Notes under the pieces: model-generated
Database searches by the model: none
Told to the model about the DNA's origin: nothing
The model's input: only the letters and a program-made list of their open reading frames with translations
Assembly: GCA_040954595.2 (NCBI GenBank)
Contig: CM082594.2
Span: forward strand, 6,271,962-6,335,961
DNA: 64,000 bases
Origin: Balanoglossus misakiensis
Taxonomy: Eukaryota > Animalia > Hemichordata
Direction of reading: 5' to 3'
Program-made: the position numbers and the translations under genes
Shown: positions 43,201-58,503 of the stretch, piece by piece
Layout: each line of letters starts with the position of its first letter
How positions within the stretch are numbered: position 1 is the first letter of the stretch

Positions 43201-46200
43201 AAGGTGACGAAGAATTAGACTCGATTGGATATGTCTACTGAAGGATGCCAAGTTACCGCCGGCATATGACGTGTTTCACCAGGGAATGTTTCCATCTAAG
43301 TCTTCTCATCAATGTAGTCGGAAAGATTCACAGGGAAAAACATAACACTGTGCAAGCGCAGCCGTTACGTTGTACCGACACATGATTCATATCCAAGCTG
43401 TCACCATGACGTGCACAGCAATATATTTACTAGAAATTTGGATAACTGTCTTTTTCATGATAGTTTCACATATTTAAACCCGGCATTCATGAACACAACA
43501 TGTATATTAACACAAAACTATTTTCCAATTTGGAATAATAGACAATAACATAGATGGTATCATATTAGTACTGATTTGTGAACATAACATAAAATGTGAA
43601 AACACGATATTACTTACACACACATGTCTCTCTGGTTACATATTTTAAATTGTTGTTTTTTATTTCAACTGTGTGAACTCAAGGGGTTATTCTTCCTGCC
43701 GTATAAGAACAGCCGGAATTTGGTTTATTACCACAGTCCTTGCTCCCCTTCAAAGAGGAGAAGCTCAGTAATATACAGACATGACACGCCATTCTGCTGA
43801 CTGTCAGTGGAGAGTGATAAATATTTTACCAAATGCGCCAGAGTATGAACAGGACTATGCTGTATACATGAACTGGGATCTGGTTTTAGATTGAGGTTGT
43901 GTTTTCAATGAGTGTGAGAAGGGGAAACGCTGCAAATCAATCGATTTACAAGTTTATGAGTTTTGGCGTCTCAGTGGGACATTGCGGTTTGTGGGTTAAT
44001 TTAGAAAAGGTTCTGAATTCCTTGATTGCATGCATGTTTGAAACAGCCAGATTGCTTTTTTTTTGCCAAAAGCAATCCGCGAAGATGGGTATTTTAATAA
44101 AACTGTGTTAAATTTACAAGCATTTAGCGTTGTTGAAGTTGCCTATGCCATCAATATTTATCGAAGTAATGTTTAACCTTGGTTACCATGGAAATGTGAC
44201 ATCTAACCAATCACATTTTTTAACTTGGATGGCCATATAGTAAAAGGATAGCCACCATATGGTCACTAGATGACGTAGACTTTTGCATTTGTGTTGCCTT
44301 GCATAGAATGTTTTAAATACATTTGTGACTTATACAATCTATGTCTAGACAGGATTGGTTAACGTCTTGAAATTGCACGGCGTGTGTTCACGTGATACTA
44401 GTGATAACGTCCAGATTGTGTGTATATCTAGACTATATAACGATATATCAGACATAATAAATTGTCGCCGACTTTACAGACCATTCTTAGTTCAAAATGA
44501 GATTATTTAATCTGCCATAGAGCTCTACAATTACAGTTATTTAGCTAGATTGAATTGTCTTCCAAAATGTAAAATCAGATTATTTCGTAACAGTTACATC
44601 TGACCGAATTCATTAAAATTAAAGAACGTAAAACATATGACGATCTGTAAATAGGAAAACGGCCATCGTTCATTGACGTGGTGTGTGAGAGAATTAAGAC
44701 AAGAATCTTATAATTCTTTTTCTCCATTAAAATTGCTGATATTTGTCAACGACGTGAGTTGCCATTTACTAATTGATACACCTTGCAAACTGCTCTTCTC
44801 TGTTCCCTAGCTAAGGAGGTATTCAGTAGAAGTTGAAAAGTGAATCCCCGTGTCTTCGGTGACACCCGCAGGGAAGGTGCTTGTGAAAGCGATCCCTCAT
44901 ACATGCCACAGTAACGGTCGCGTTCAACGGACCGGAAATGTGCCTTAAGACGAGGGGCATTGAAAAAGCCTCTAATTAACTTGCCAATGTCAAATGTGCA
45001 ACTGGAGAATGTCGAGTGACCAAAACAAGGTCCCAGGCGTCTGTGTTACAGAGACTTAGGGCAATCTGTTGCATGTGGCCCACACTTTGCATTGGTGAAA
45101 ACGGTCGATCTATCTTGATTGTTGTCAGGTCGTGTAGATGCATTCCATACCTACATGTACTCTTTCCACACACATGGCTGTATGTTAATAGCATTAGGTT
45201 TCGTCTTCTGAGGCATGTCGACAGAGTTAGAACAATCAAATATCCATGACACAGTGTTCCTGAATAGACAACATTCTCATGTGACAGGACAAACAATTCA
45301 TGGCCCAGGGTGTTAGAAGGTGCAAAAGTACCTATCTACCGGTAGATTCATATGAAGTTTGACTTGTATTTACTGGCTAGCAACCGAATGCTAAATGATA
45401 AAAGCCAGATAAAAGTTATGCAGCACTTGCTTATATTACCCTTTTCCACCGCATTGGATCGTATAGCAAATTACAAAGGTTGAGTGTAAAAATAACTTTA
45501 AAACATGTAAGGGCCAACGATTTCATGTAGTCTAATGTTGTGTGGCATTCTTAAGTGTTGGATAAAAGGCAGAACTTAATACAGCACTTGCTCATACCAC
45601 CCTTTTCCACTCTTTAAAAAACTGCGCACAGAAAACAGGTGCATGATAAAGCAAGGCACGAAAGAATGACGCTTTGAGACGCTGCCTATTCACAGACCAC
45701 AATGGCAATTCATTGGCAGCAGCTCTCCCGAGACTACCACTAGGGAGCCCAGATAAGACATATAGTTGTGCATCTCCATCGTGACTAATTATTTGAAGCG
45801 GATGTATGTGTTTGGCTTGACGTTGGCGATTCTGTTCTTCTTTTTTACGAGCAGATTCTAATAGGTCTTACAGGAGTGATTGGGGATTCACGATGCGATT
45901 CTGGTATCCTCGGGTGCACACCACTCTCATGTCCTTTTTTCTCTACGCAGCAGAGAGAACTCTCTCTCGATCTCTCCGCGGCACTTAACTGTCAACAAAC
46001 ACTAAGAGTAAATGATGAGACGTTATTTAGGATGATGCTGTTAATGGGTACATTAAAAGGCTCTCAGACAGGCCGTGTAATGGAACTTTGACAAACGCGG
46101 CAGCGGAAGGCCACATTTTATGTTAGCCACATTCATTAAATGTCATTATTACCCCCAAAACACTACGACACTCATCACCTGAAACAATCCGTGATGAAAT

Positions 46201-47919
46201 CAGCTTTGCGGGTATGTAGGAAGCGATACAGGCTTTTGCAACACACACACGCTCTGATTGGGTGGGCGGATTTCAAATGTCAGGGATGTTTGCAGGTAAC
46301 GTGTTCTGTCGCAAGAAAACGGATGGAAGCGACGTGTGACCTTGTGCTGCGTATAGGCGTATGATGCAACACTTCTATCTCACTTGGGATAAACATAAAC
46401 ACAGCTTCAAGGGAAAAACCCGTCCCACTTAGGAAAATATTTTAGTTCTATTAATTATAAACTTCAAATCACATGTAATTGGCACTTCTATTTTAAGTAT
46501 TCCCGTGATAAATGATATAGTGAGCATTTAGTTGGCATCTCAATTGATTTAAAAAAAAAAAATTACTAGATAATACTTTGTTTCGAAATTGAAATGAAAT
46601 GAAACAAAACGAAACAGATGCGAACATATAGCGTATGCGCGATGTACGGCACCACCGGTCATCAATAATTAATTTTTTGAAGATTTGACTATGTGATATG
46701 TAAGATTGTTTTGCAGTTTGCTTGTAGGCTGTTTAACAAGCTTGATTTCTCATAATTCCAACTTTGACGAGATAAGAATTAATCCAACTTTGACTAGATA
46801 AGAATTGATCTGCTGAGTATTCTAAACTTTCCAATAGCACCATGTCTTGCGCGAAAACTAAGACTTCAATCTTGTCTAATCCTATACACGCGATAGTCTC
46901 TTTTCAAAGTGCTACAATCCTTGGTGACAATGTGCCAGATAGGAATTGACAATCGCATCAAGTATGCGCAATTTAGAATAATTATCAGGTACAGCGCATC
47001 ACGTAATGTGCCACATATATGATAGCGTGGGATTTTGGAGCCCGTCTTGCACGTAGGCCCTTTCACCGATCACGACACTATCGACAACTCGTGGGCAAGT
47101 GGATTTGTTATAGCTAAGAGCGATTCTACATTTTGGTTTTCTGTCCCAATCAAAATTTAGCATGACTTGTCAAACCTGCCTGTCTTTTGAGATTACTTTC
47201 AAGGGATATATTGCTGTAACTTTTTGCTGATAGGTCCACTGTAGATGGTTTTACTGTAAATGGTGCATGTACCCTGTACACTATGGCAATTAAGAAGGTT
47301 AGAACGTATGCAGTATAGTGCGTTGATTCAGAATTAAATTCGTGTCGCAAATATAGATTCACGCAATCTTAATTTGCATATAACAAATGGCTTCATTAAG
47401 TGAGTGATTTTACTCATGAAAAATATAAAGCATGTCTTACATCGCAGCAATTACAAGCACAAAATCAAGAAAATGGTACCTTTACAAATGATGGACATCA
47501 AGCGTTTCTTTTAACGACACGTTGCATTTCTAGTTATACTGGAATCGCACTAGTCACGTTCTGCGCGATCTGATTGTACTTCAATCATGTGGACACGATT
47601 TGCGCTGTTAAATTCAATAAATACTCACGTAAATTATTATTCTCTGGACGTGGCTGTCAGTTTCATTTGTTCAAGACAGACCATTTTGCAATAATTCAAT
47701 CCAAAGTCCTGTAAAGCAACCCTTCTTTCCCGTTAGTCAATCTCAGAATTAGTCGATTAAACCAAGACGAAGTACATTATCGAACACAGGTTTCATTCCG
47801 CGTCCATCAAATTTGGCTAATTTGCGTTATCTTTCATCAATATAATGAAAACGATTCTGCGATACCAGTGATATCCCAAGCAACGTCTATCTATGTATCT
47901 AGTTCCCTTGCACACTCTA

Positions 47920-47960
47920 CTATCTATGTATCTATGTATCTATCTATCTATCTATCTATG

Positions 47961-48032
<72 letters not shown>

Positions 48033-48049
48033 ATTCAATCAATCAATCA
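47920..48049. repeat. (TATC)n + (TCAA)n compound microsatellite
   Basis: Visible array. Confidence 0.97.
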
Positions 48050-51000
48050 CAGGGATTTCCATGGATTTTTAAAATGTGATTTAAACCTTAAAAGTCCTTG
48101 TGCCAATGTGTATTTGTACTTAAGACATGCGTACTCTCCAGGTAGACGAAAGTTTGTGCATGTATGCTCGAAAATAAGCCAAACCATTAGGAGAAACCTC
48201 AAATACAGCATGTTTTGATGACATTTTAATGGAAGTTTCGAGCAAGCTAATCTCGAAAGGTTACAGCTGCTGGAGCCGTGATCATAATCTGATCAATAAG
48301 GACCACGCGTGTTGTCATCTTTGGTATGGTTGCGGAAAAAAACGTCAGATAACGATCTGGACAAAATGTTTGTGCACATTATTATCTCAAGAACTGCCAA
48401 ACAGTAAGATGATGTCAAAACCACAACATGTTATCGGAGGAATTTGCCAAGGACCAATTAAACGAATAAACGGGGAAATATAGTCATAAAAGTACTGTCA
48501 ATCTCGAAAAACAACAACCACGGCTATATGTAGTGGGTGGTTATATCCAAAACACCATACAACCGCAGTTTACGTGTATTTACATTCACCAGAGAATCTC
48601 CCAATACATTGAATGATGCAATTAATCTTTAATGTGTTGCAAAATGGGTAACAATTTGCGCAAATGACTGTATTTTGGGAATAACCGGACTGCAGTCGAT
48701 TTCCTTGCTTTTGGGCGAATCATTCCATGCCTGGCATTAGGGAATGCATCACGCTCAATCAGACAGTTGCTCGCTTGTGTCCACTCGTTACGATTCTCGC
48801 TATTGATGCTGAAACAGCTACCCCGTTTTATTGCGCTCCCCAAAAGCACCGAAGGTGAAGAGTGGGAACTCGAGACAAGATCGAAAGCATTCTTAGAATT
48901 TCAAAAAGCCATGCCATTATAACAGATGAAGCTTAACTTCGGCGTGTGTTCGGAAAGGCACACGTACCAGTACGTCTCCTTGCGTCAAACGCCTGTAGTT
49001 CGAGGAGGGCATTTCTAGCAACAGACGGACAGCTGCTGAATTTCTCCACGATCAAGATTTGAATTAAATAAGACGAAAACGTAGGATTTAGATAAAGCAG
49101 TCTGCCAAAACGGGTCACGGCAGACTGAATGGCGCCAAGACTCCAGTTTTAAACTTAATAATGTTAACAAAATTCTGTAATGTCGGCAAAATATCAGACC
49201 TATTAATATATACTGGGCTGTGGAAGATAAATCATGATTAATGTAATACATATAATATTCACATCCGTAGGGAACCCTTTGAAGGGATCCATAATTTAAA
49301 ATTCTGTTGAATAGTGTAAAATTGCACAGAGATTAACCGCTGGGCTTAATTACTGCAAATTATTTACAAGGTACATGCAACAACCAAATTACACAGGTAT
49401 TCATAGTATGTACCTGATATTTTAGCTCTTGTAATTTCACCCTTTGACTCTGTCGTGACTTAAGTGTTTCGAAGTTTTGAGAAGCATAAAGTAATTTATT
49501 ATTATGTTTTCATTAAATAAGTAACTGTTATAGAATGATGGAACTTGTTTTCATCGAAACCATCGCGTGACTAACCGTGCCAATTAAGCCCGATCACGAT
49601 TTTAACATCTGCAGGGATATTTTGCGTGTGTTGTTATACTATATTATGTAAACATAAGAAACGTGAGACTTAACTAACCTAATAGACTAGAAATTCATGA
49701 CAGTCGTATAACCTTTATTGGAGATGAGATTAAAATATGCACAATGTAATTGGTATCGTTGAGGTTCTGAAACGAATGCCTGCTAAAATAGAAAACTCAA
49801 TCTTCCGGCTTATTGAGAAGACAGTTTATATATTATACATACATGCAGGAGAATTTCAATTTTCAGTTCATGGTCACTTAAGTCTTATTCATTCATATTT
49901 ATACCTCTTGTGGTCTTAGACACTGTCATCATTATCATGCAATATACAGATGATGAAAATCTAACATTGCTGATATTGCGAGGGAGATCTTATTTCGAAC
50001 AATACGAAGCTAGTTTTCAATTTAGCTTAAAAGTTTAACCGTACTTTACATTGCTCCGAGTCAGCCGTACTGTAACCTTACCTTTGGGTAAAGGGCGTAC
50101 AGCTTTCGGTAAAGCCACACAGCAGGATCTTTAATTCAGCAGACATGTCTCTAAGCACGCACATGCTACATTGCATATGTCTGTGCTAAGGAAAATTACG
50201 TAAATTATTCGCGTCTGAAATGTCCTAGCGGTAAAAGAAGTCGTACTGATGAAAAAAATTCAATCTGATTAGAGAATCTTTTTTTGTTTCTTTGTGGTCA
50301 GAATTCAATGAACATTGTCAAGTAAAATTGTCCTAGTTACCACATGGGTACGTGAATCAAAAGATTCAGAATGTTAGTCACAAGAAATTCCTCAATTGAT
50401 AACGAGCACACACTTTTTATGTTTTAGTGCGTTTGACTACATTAAGTCTACCTTTTGGATTTGTCAATGCAGCGTAAAATGCTGAGTATCTTGACGAATA
50501 ATTTTCCTGTCTTTAGTCACCCTGCTGAGAAAAAACAACGCGCTCTACCTGAAATATTTGAGTAAACGGCGATCGGAACGAAGCTGCGCAGGTGTCCATG
50601 GCAACAGCGGCAAGGTGAAATTATTAATTCGAATAAAGGTCAAAGTTCACATCAAGAGGCAGTCATTTGTGTTCACAAATATGCCAGGAATGAAATAGAT
50701 CAACAGTGGGGCATATTAATCATTTCTGCACGCTTTGCATGGTGCGCCGGATCTTCTCCGGTGACCTACCTGTTTGGTCACGTCGTAAATCTGCAAGGTT
50801 TTGACGAATGCATGAATTGGGGTATGATTACCTGGAATATGGAACACCCTCGGCCAGACCATTCTATTTTGGCACACGACAGTCACGACTCAAACCTATT
50901 GTTTAAAAGAAAACCGTACCATTTCGAAAGAATTGATCTTAGCCAAAAAGCCAGTTATGTTTTTTTAAAATACAAACGAGATATGTTCTTATTCAGCGCA

Positions 51001-54000
51001 TCATATATTGGCCATTTTTTTGCGTAATTTATTTGTCTCCGCATACAATCTCTTCGCTCAGCATGAGTGGCGTTAGTAGAAGAAAAAAATCGTTTTTATG
51101 TGATACTGAATGAAGTAATAAAGCAGATGATTAATTATGGGGCTCAGATGTGGAATGAAAATTGTTGCAATACTCCTTGTTTATGACTAAATGCCTCAGT
51201 TGAGAACATACTTAAGTTTTATATCAGAAGACCCGGCGTGACGATTTTGACAATTACGTGTAACCCTAAATGTTCCCTCCCTTGTAAGATTGAAGTCATA
51301 CATGTCTTGCTGTATATCTTTCTTTTTCAGTTCGCCATGTGAGGTCTGCCAGGTTTCTGGCGCCATGCACGCGTTTCATCGTCGAATGTGGTCGTTGTAC
51401 TAGTTGAATTCTCAAACTCACTTTGTGCCAGGGAAGCTTCGTTGATCAAAGCTCCGCAGCTTGTTCGTGAAAGGAACAGACGCGTGTCTCGCCAATGATA
51501 CAGTCCCCGCGAATCCTACGAACACGTGGTAGTAAGGGACACGCATGCCAAAATTCCCCTCGGTAATGAACAGACATGCCATAATTCCCTTATCTTGAAT
51601 GTGAAATAATTCAGTGATATCATTAGTGTTCTCTTTCCTTTTTTCCATTTAACAAGTACTTGTTGTGGACGACAGGGCTACAAAATGCTTCCAACCCTGT
51701 CCCATGCCCAAAAGATAAATATCTCAAACAAGTGCACATAATCAGTTCATAGAACTGCTTCGACATTTCTTGATGTATCTCGATATTCATTATGATGCAA
51801 ATTGCTGCAATGGGGATAAAACTATGAATATTTGAAGTTCAGCATGTAAATAGGTCTCCATTTCTGTGTGATATACAGTCCGGATGTAGTAAAACACTGA
51901 AAAAATGCGTGTAGAGTGACACTTCTTTTTTAGTATACCTTCAGCACATTTTCGGTTCATCTTTCGTACAATCTCAGCATACTGCCTGAGTTACAAGGCT
52001 TTGCAGTTATGACATTTTTGTGGCAAGGGTACTTTTGTCTAGTTGGCAGTAAGATGTTTGTTCTGAAAAACCCAGTTGTACAATCAAGTAAGGATATAGA
52101 TTTATGTGTACTTTTGCACATAACGATTTCTGGGTCGATGAAAAAAGGTCAGTGAGGTTTTTTTTTGTAGTTGATGCTGTATAATCCGACGTTAAGAAGA
52201 AATTATTGCTATACTTCAGGGGATATGTGTGTTCTGTTCCTGTTTCTCGCGGATAGCTCTGACCCAAATAAGCTTTGCGTCTTTACTCTCGATCACGTCG
52301 CTTTAACTGCGCTAATACCGCTGTTATTATATCATTAAGCGCCTTAGAGGAATTTTAGCTTTGCCAGCTGCAGAGAGCAGGGAGACCCGGAGACACGAGG
52401 CTAATATGGTTGGCGATGAAAGGCTCCATTACAAACACGGTTTGAGTCGGGTGAACTTCAGAATACACAGGTAGCTATTTCGGGGACATCCTTTCTCCTG
52501 TGTGTGCGTCATCTGTCCTCTTCATCTGGTGGATCTTCCTTTTTTTTCGTTGAAGCAGCTTATGTGTAAAAAGCGATTGGTATAATTGCAGGCCTCGTCC
52601 GCCGGGACACGGCCCAGCTCGATCTCGTTAACAGGAAGTTTTGAATGAGTGCCACGGTGTACGTGCGATTGAATGGAATGTGATCGCGCTAAGCGGCGGG
52701 CACGTTGTAGTAGTTAATTTCTACTTCTTTGACAATTTAACACATTACGTTTAGTGAACGTGAACGAGGGGGGAGTTCTGAGAGATTCCCGTTGGCAACG
52801 CGCAGAGACACTTTCGGAGAGAGCGCCGAGGGACTCGCTTTTATGACCGAAGCACCCGCGGTGATAATCTTTTACGATTTCACGCAATCTTTGGTAAGGA
52901 TATGAAAGGTCGATTAAAGCCCTGATTTGTGCCACAGCAACGCTGGTCGATTGTTTTCTAAATTGAAGTCTCTTGGTTGCCATGTGAAACACATGATAAC
53001 CCGAAAGGTGAAGGTTTGCCATTAAAATACCCACGTTATTGCTGAGAAAAACATGATCACGGTTTACCGTTCATTGATTGCAACACGTTATAATTCTAGA
53101 ATGGATAAAATCGTGGCCAGACTATGGTTGATTAATTCGATGAGAATTCTACCTGAAATTTGTTGGATGACTGAACTAAGCGAAGGTTATACCACTTTCT
53201 TGGTGGGGACCGGAGTTGTTTAAGGGGGTGCAAGGACTTTGTAACACATAAGCGAATGTCATCACAGGATCGGATGTGTCTACTTGTAGGTATAGAATAT
53301 TAAATGGGCGACGATAAAGCTGTCAGATTACAAGATATAAAGCTAAGTTTAGGATCCATGATATGAGCCGCCCCAGCCGACCTCATAATTGGATCGTAAT
53401 GTTTGAGAGAATTAGCCGGTGCGGTTTTAACGAGCCCAATGCAAGGTCTGGCGGTTGGCCGTGCGTCGATAGATCAAGAAATAGACATTTAAGAACCGGC
53501 GTGGGAGCGTGCACGGTTCTCCTCTGGTATGCTGAACAGCTCGCAGGTCAGATACCGTAGCATTGATCGAATTCAATTCTTATTCCGGCCTGTGCTTTGT
53601 GTTCACAACTTACTGTTTTGCAAATGTTGAATGTACCGGTATGTAGCACCGTGGACGGCATTTTCAAGATGACAGCAAGTTTCAGTTTGTCTTGTGAAAA
53701 TCAAACACTACTTCTCAATAGGCAGAATTTTAATCACCAAAGGCTCGATCAGTAGACCGTATATTATTAATATGCGATATATTCGCAATAGTATTTTTTG
53801 TCAGACCTCGTCTCCTTAGAAATATTCGAAAATCCATTTCTTCCTTACTATGGTTGGCGCCATACTATTTGAGATATTTAACAGCTGTGCACGGAAATGA
53901 AAACGCGTTTCATGTTGAAAGAGGCATGTATTTATTTCATCATGGCTTTTTTGAAAATCGCATTGTCGATCGTGCTGCTCGGTGAACCTCCATAGCTAAA

Positions 54001-56389
54001 ATTCCGGTAGCTAATAAAAATAGACTCTTAACGTAGATTCCAATTTTAAGGTATCAGTAATAAAATTCCTGAAGAAGAAAAATATACATTGCCGCCATAA
54101 GGAATATCAGATTGTAAGGTCACATTACTAACTTTGATTTCCATGGCAACGATTAGTGTCGGCCAAAAATAATGCAACTGGGTGTTATCATATGGTTGCA
54201 TTTGGGTAAATAAATAGTTCCACATATTATTGTGGGTTTCCAAGGAAACATGAGTTTGCAAACATCTACAATCTGAAAATAAAATTACATGATGTACCTT
54301 CTTTGATGGGAAATATGTATGCATGGTGACACTGCTGTAGGGGAAATGGACTTTGCTGATCTGCCAAAATTTGTTCTTCTTCTTGGAATCATGTGATGAG
54401 TTTACTAAGCCAAGGAGAACAAGTACTGGTATTATTATTATTATTATTCCCTTAATTAGTAATGAAACTATGAGTCTCAATATTGTGTTTCATCAGTGAA
54501 TATGCAATGTTGTGCTTGTACTTATACTGCTACACTTGAAAAGAAAAAACTAGGCATAAATTCTATGTAGTCCAAGGAGTACAAATTCATTTCAATATGT
54601 CATTTACTGGTGAAAAACATTCGGCCACTGTTTATTCCCAGTGTGTAACTACATAATACTAGAAACAATGAGATTATAGCGGTTGAGCGAATACAATTAA
54701 CTCAAAGAGGTTTACACATAATTGCACTGTTACTTGCGAAAATGTCACTGGTGTAATTGAACGTGAAATTAACATGACCGCAGACTCTTTGTCATGACGT
54801 GAAATCAATGTAGGCCGCATTGAATGAAAATTAGGCTAACGGATACAGGAGAATCTAGATATTCTGTGCCATTTATGCAGGATTCTTTGAGGACAACGTT
54901 TGCAAATTGATATCCCACTTTGAAAGTGAAATAGTCACTGTTTGCCGCACTCCCACTTATTATGGAATATCTCTTAGTTCCAAAAGAGATATCATATCTT
55001 CTGCAGAATTGATATCAGCAGCATTAAAATGCGTCAGACCTCTGGCGTAAGATACCATTTCTCCCCCCCCCCCAATAATCCGCTGAAAATATCAATGAGG
55101 AGAAAATAGCCAATATTAACAGACTGCTTGGATGTGGGGTAATTAACATTTGATCAGCAGTGAAGAAATGGAAGGGGGGAGGGTATATTACTTTTAAAAG
55201 TATATCCTATCATACCTTTGAAAGTATACGCTATCTGGCACTGCAGGCTTTTCCGACGTTAAACATATGTCGTTCAGAATTTGACGTACAACAAGAAGCC
55301 TTGTGTCTAGTTACTGTCAGCGGCATTTTTGTCGTCGTTTCTCTGTGATATAAAATCCGTAGAGTATGTCACGAGAACCATGTCATCGAGCGCGTACATG
55401 TGTATTAAAAAGCAGCGATTCACTGTAACACAGGCAAAACGTGACGACTTCAATCCCGACCACAATGTTTTGACAAAGGAAGATGAAAGGACGATGGGCC
55501 GCTTTACATTCACATGATTTCTTGTTTGTGTGTGTACATGTGACTGTAGTAATAAATCATAACATCACAATTCAACATCATCTTACATTGCTGGTTTTTA
55601 AGCTGACATAAATGCGTAACGCACTCTAATTGGCGTGACAAGAACGACCTTTAGTGGCCTTAACCGATATTATAAACCAATTTTCTAAATTGATGGTAAA
55701 GTTCAATATTTTGTTGCCTTGCTGTCATCTCTTTCTGATAATGGCCTGACTATCAATCTTCGAGGAGAATTAGAGCAGTAAGATTTCTGTCAAGTCGAAA
55801 AAAAACTCTGCGAGTTCAGCAAACAAAGGAACGAGAAGAGTTTTACTTTGTGTATATGTAGTAAAGAGCATCCCAAGTGCTTCGAGAGAAGGGGCATTCT
55901 TTCTCTCATATTCCGAGTTGTAATTTATGTCGTATTTGGAAAATGTTTAAACTAGATGGATGTGCTCTCCCAAAGGATTTCTTGTTCAAATAATTAGACA
56001 AACGTTTTGTGTATTAGCTATATATACAGAGAAAAAATGACTTCCGTATTAATTATGGAAAATACAAAATACTTGTACATAATTACACGTGGGCTAATTG
56101 CTTTCTCAGTCAGCGACATTGAAAAATTGTCATCCGCCAAAGACGTGTAACTAAGATTCGCTTTTTCATCACTGAGTGAAAATTAGTCTGCGAGATATTT
56201 TCATTCACAAGCATGCCGCTTCGACTGCAGATGGAGTTTTCGCGTGACAATCGCGTGTGGCTTCAGGGTAAATGCAGAAAAACCTGTCATGTTGTGTCTT
56301 CTGCGGTGAAACCCTAGAAAGGCGCCTTTTAAAGCGGAAATGGTCCATCCCAGGGTTTGAACTCCCCTCCAATGTCACTTGTCTAAACG

Positions 56390-56665
56390 CAAGAAGCCTT
56401 ACTTTCGCAGTATATTTTATGAGCCAGTCGTCAAGGTTACCTAGAGCTGATGTTGTATCAAGTTTACTTAGTCTTTTTTGCTGTATTGTCGATTTTTATT
56501 GTACTATCAACTAGGAAGATTAATCAAACATCTAAATGTTAACACAAGAAGCCTTAATCCCGCAGTTAATTTTACAACCTAGTTGTCAAGGTTGCTAAGT
56601 GTCTTTGTTGTATTGCCGAAGTTCTTTGTATATTATCAGCTGGCAAGATTGATCGATCATCTACC
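56390..56665. repeat. Degenerate tandem duplication, period about 155 bp
   Basis: caagaagcctta...cgcagt...gtcaaggtt...gtattg-cga...tatca-ct-g-aagatt occurs at 56390 and 56545. Confidence 0.75.
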
Positions 56666-58405
56666 ATTTTGTTCAACGGTATGATTGACACCAAAGTTTA
56701 AAAACCTTTGCAGCGATGTGTATGTGTGAATTGATCACTCGGAGCTGCACGTATCTAATGAGAACACAGTCTGTAATCTTCTCTGATTACCCAAGTCCAT
56801 GAACATCACTAAATGCACTTAATATAGAAAGCATTTTGTATACAAATATCTTGTGGAACCACTTGAAGCCAATGCACGTTATCAATGCCACATCTTGGAC
56901 ATTAGGAGATGCCTTCGTGCAATAATCATATATCAACTGTTAGAAAAACAGACATCAATGCCAAGTCTGGGAAGAATTATATTGACGGGAACACGTGCAT
57001 GTCTGGATCAGTTCTCTAGGCCGCAGTAAAACTGTTTTCCATTACTGGCAACCTTGTTTGACCTTAATATGTTATTCAACAAGAAATTAGATCTTTGCGT
57101 GGCATTCGCAGATTGATTTTTGGGAACGTTCTGTCTTTCGGGTTTGCGATTATTATGCGGTCAGTCTATGGATATTGTATACCGGTTATTGTCTAGTAGT
57201 TAATGAAATTGAAGTCAGTACTGTAGATTGCTATTGGCATTTATGCGATCGATTTCAATGATTCTTTCGATTTAATTAAAATCTCATAATAAACTTCGCC
57301 TTTCAAGCAAACAACTTTACACATTTCTCAATTGTAGCTCGTAGTTATTACACCAAGACTTGCTAATAATGTGTCCGACAAGTGATTTTGTGCATATTGC
57401 CTGCCACGAGCTGTTGGCCCACGGCAAGGTCAATGCTTCTGCGTGCATTATGTCTCAACGACGAAATACTTTAACAGGCTACAACACATGTTATGCTTGT
57501 TCCTCAAACGTGTCCTTGCAAAAGCGCAAGATATTTTGTTAAGGCAGCATGCGGCTATTAAAGCATGACGCGTGTGTGATGCCGCATTAAGCGGGATTTT
57601 GTTTTTGCTACGCCCGGTTCAAAAGTGCAAGGGTGGCCATTTTTCCCCTGCATTTCTTTCCCGTATGTAACTGTCATTACGTCCTTCAAAATCTACTGGC
57701 ACACGGGCTGTTATTCTCTGTCAGCATGTCTTGCATGCATTTCCGTATTTTGATACAGATGCCATATAAATTGGTTATTCGCTTTGCTGTCTTGGTTCAC
57801 AGTTGTTAATGCAGATGTACAATCCGACAAAGACATGAATCCTTACAGCTTTTTCGACGTCGATGTCTATGCTACTCAGAAATAAAGTCAAAACAATAGC
57901 ACACAGTACTGTTACTCTAGTCTCACGTGCCATTATCTAGTCATTTCGACCTGGTGATGCTAGCCAAGCAGACATGTAATTGCATTCATGCAAAAACCAA
58001 CACCCAACTGTCGAATATACTGTTACTTTATGTTATGATTTCCAAGATATCAGTAGGTTCCAAAGGCCAAAAAGCAGCTGTACACTAGACTGGTCATGGT
58101 CATACCATGCAATACAATAGCTGAAGAAACAAGTTCACAGAACAAGTGGGCTGTATCCCTCAGAACATGACTTGTAAATAAATAACAAACTGGGGTCATC
58201 TGGTCGACGACCTCTTCAGATTACAGCAGTTGACAGTTCGTTTTTTAAACATATGTGGATCTATATACATCCGATGTCCGTTAACAGCTTGTATTTCATG
58301 CCAGTGACCTTAACAAAGTCAATCCTCACCTGCTACCGGTCACGAACAGGCGATACTTGTTACAAAATAAACAGTAGTGGGATATATGAAAATATTGGCA
58401 GGCAA

Positions 58406-58503
58406 ATACATACATACATACATACATACAGACATACATACATACATACATACATACATACATACATACATACATACAGACATACAGACAGACAGACAGA
58501 CAG
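58406..58503. repeat. (TACA)n/(GACA)n microsatellite
   Basis: Visible array. Confidence 0.97.

Noticed and set aside
45408-46807. Short local direct repeats (about 45410/45563 and 46755-46807; also 19502-19541)
   Set aside because: These are ordinary small slippage duplications with no further structure.
51418-51648. 76-aa minus-strand ORF with a GTGAGT donor as a possible first exon of gene B
   Set aside because: It has no signal peptide or ANF-domain similarity. It ends in phase 2, which is incompatible with the phase-1 acceptor at 39651.
58190-58225. Hammerhead-ribozyme-like CTGAAGA plus short stem on the minus strand
   Set aside because: The required GAAA after stem II is absent, and stems I and III were not found.
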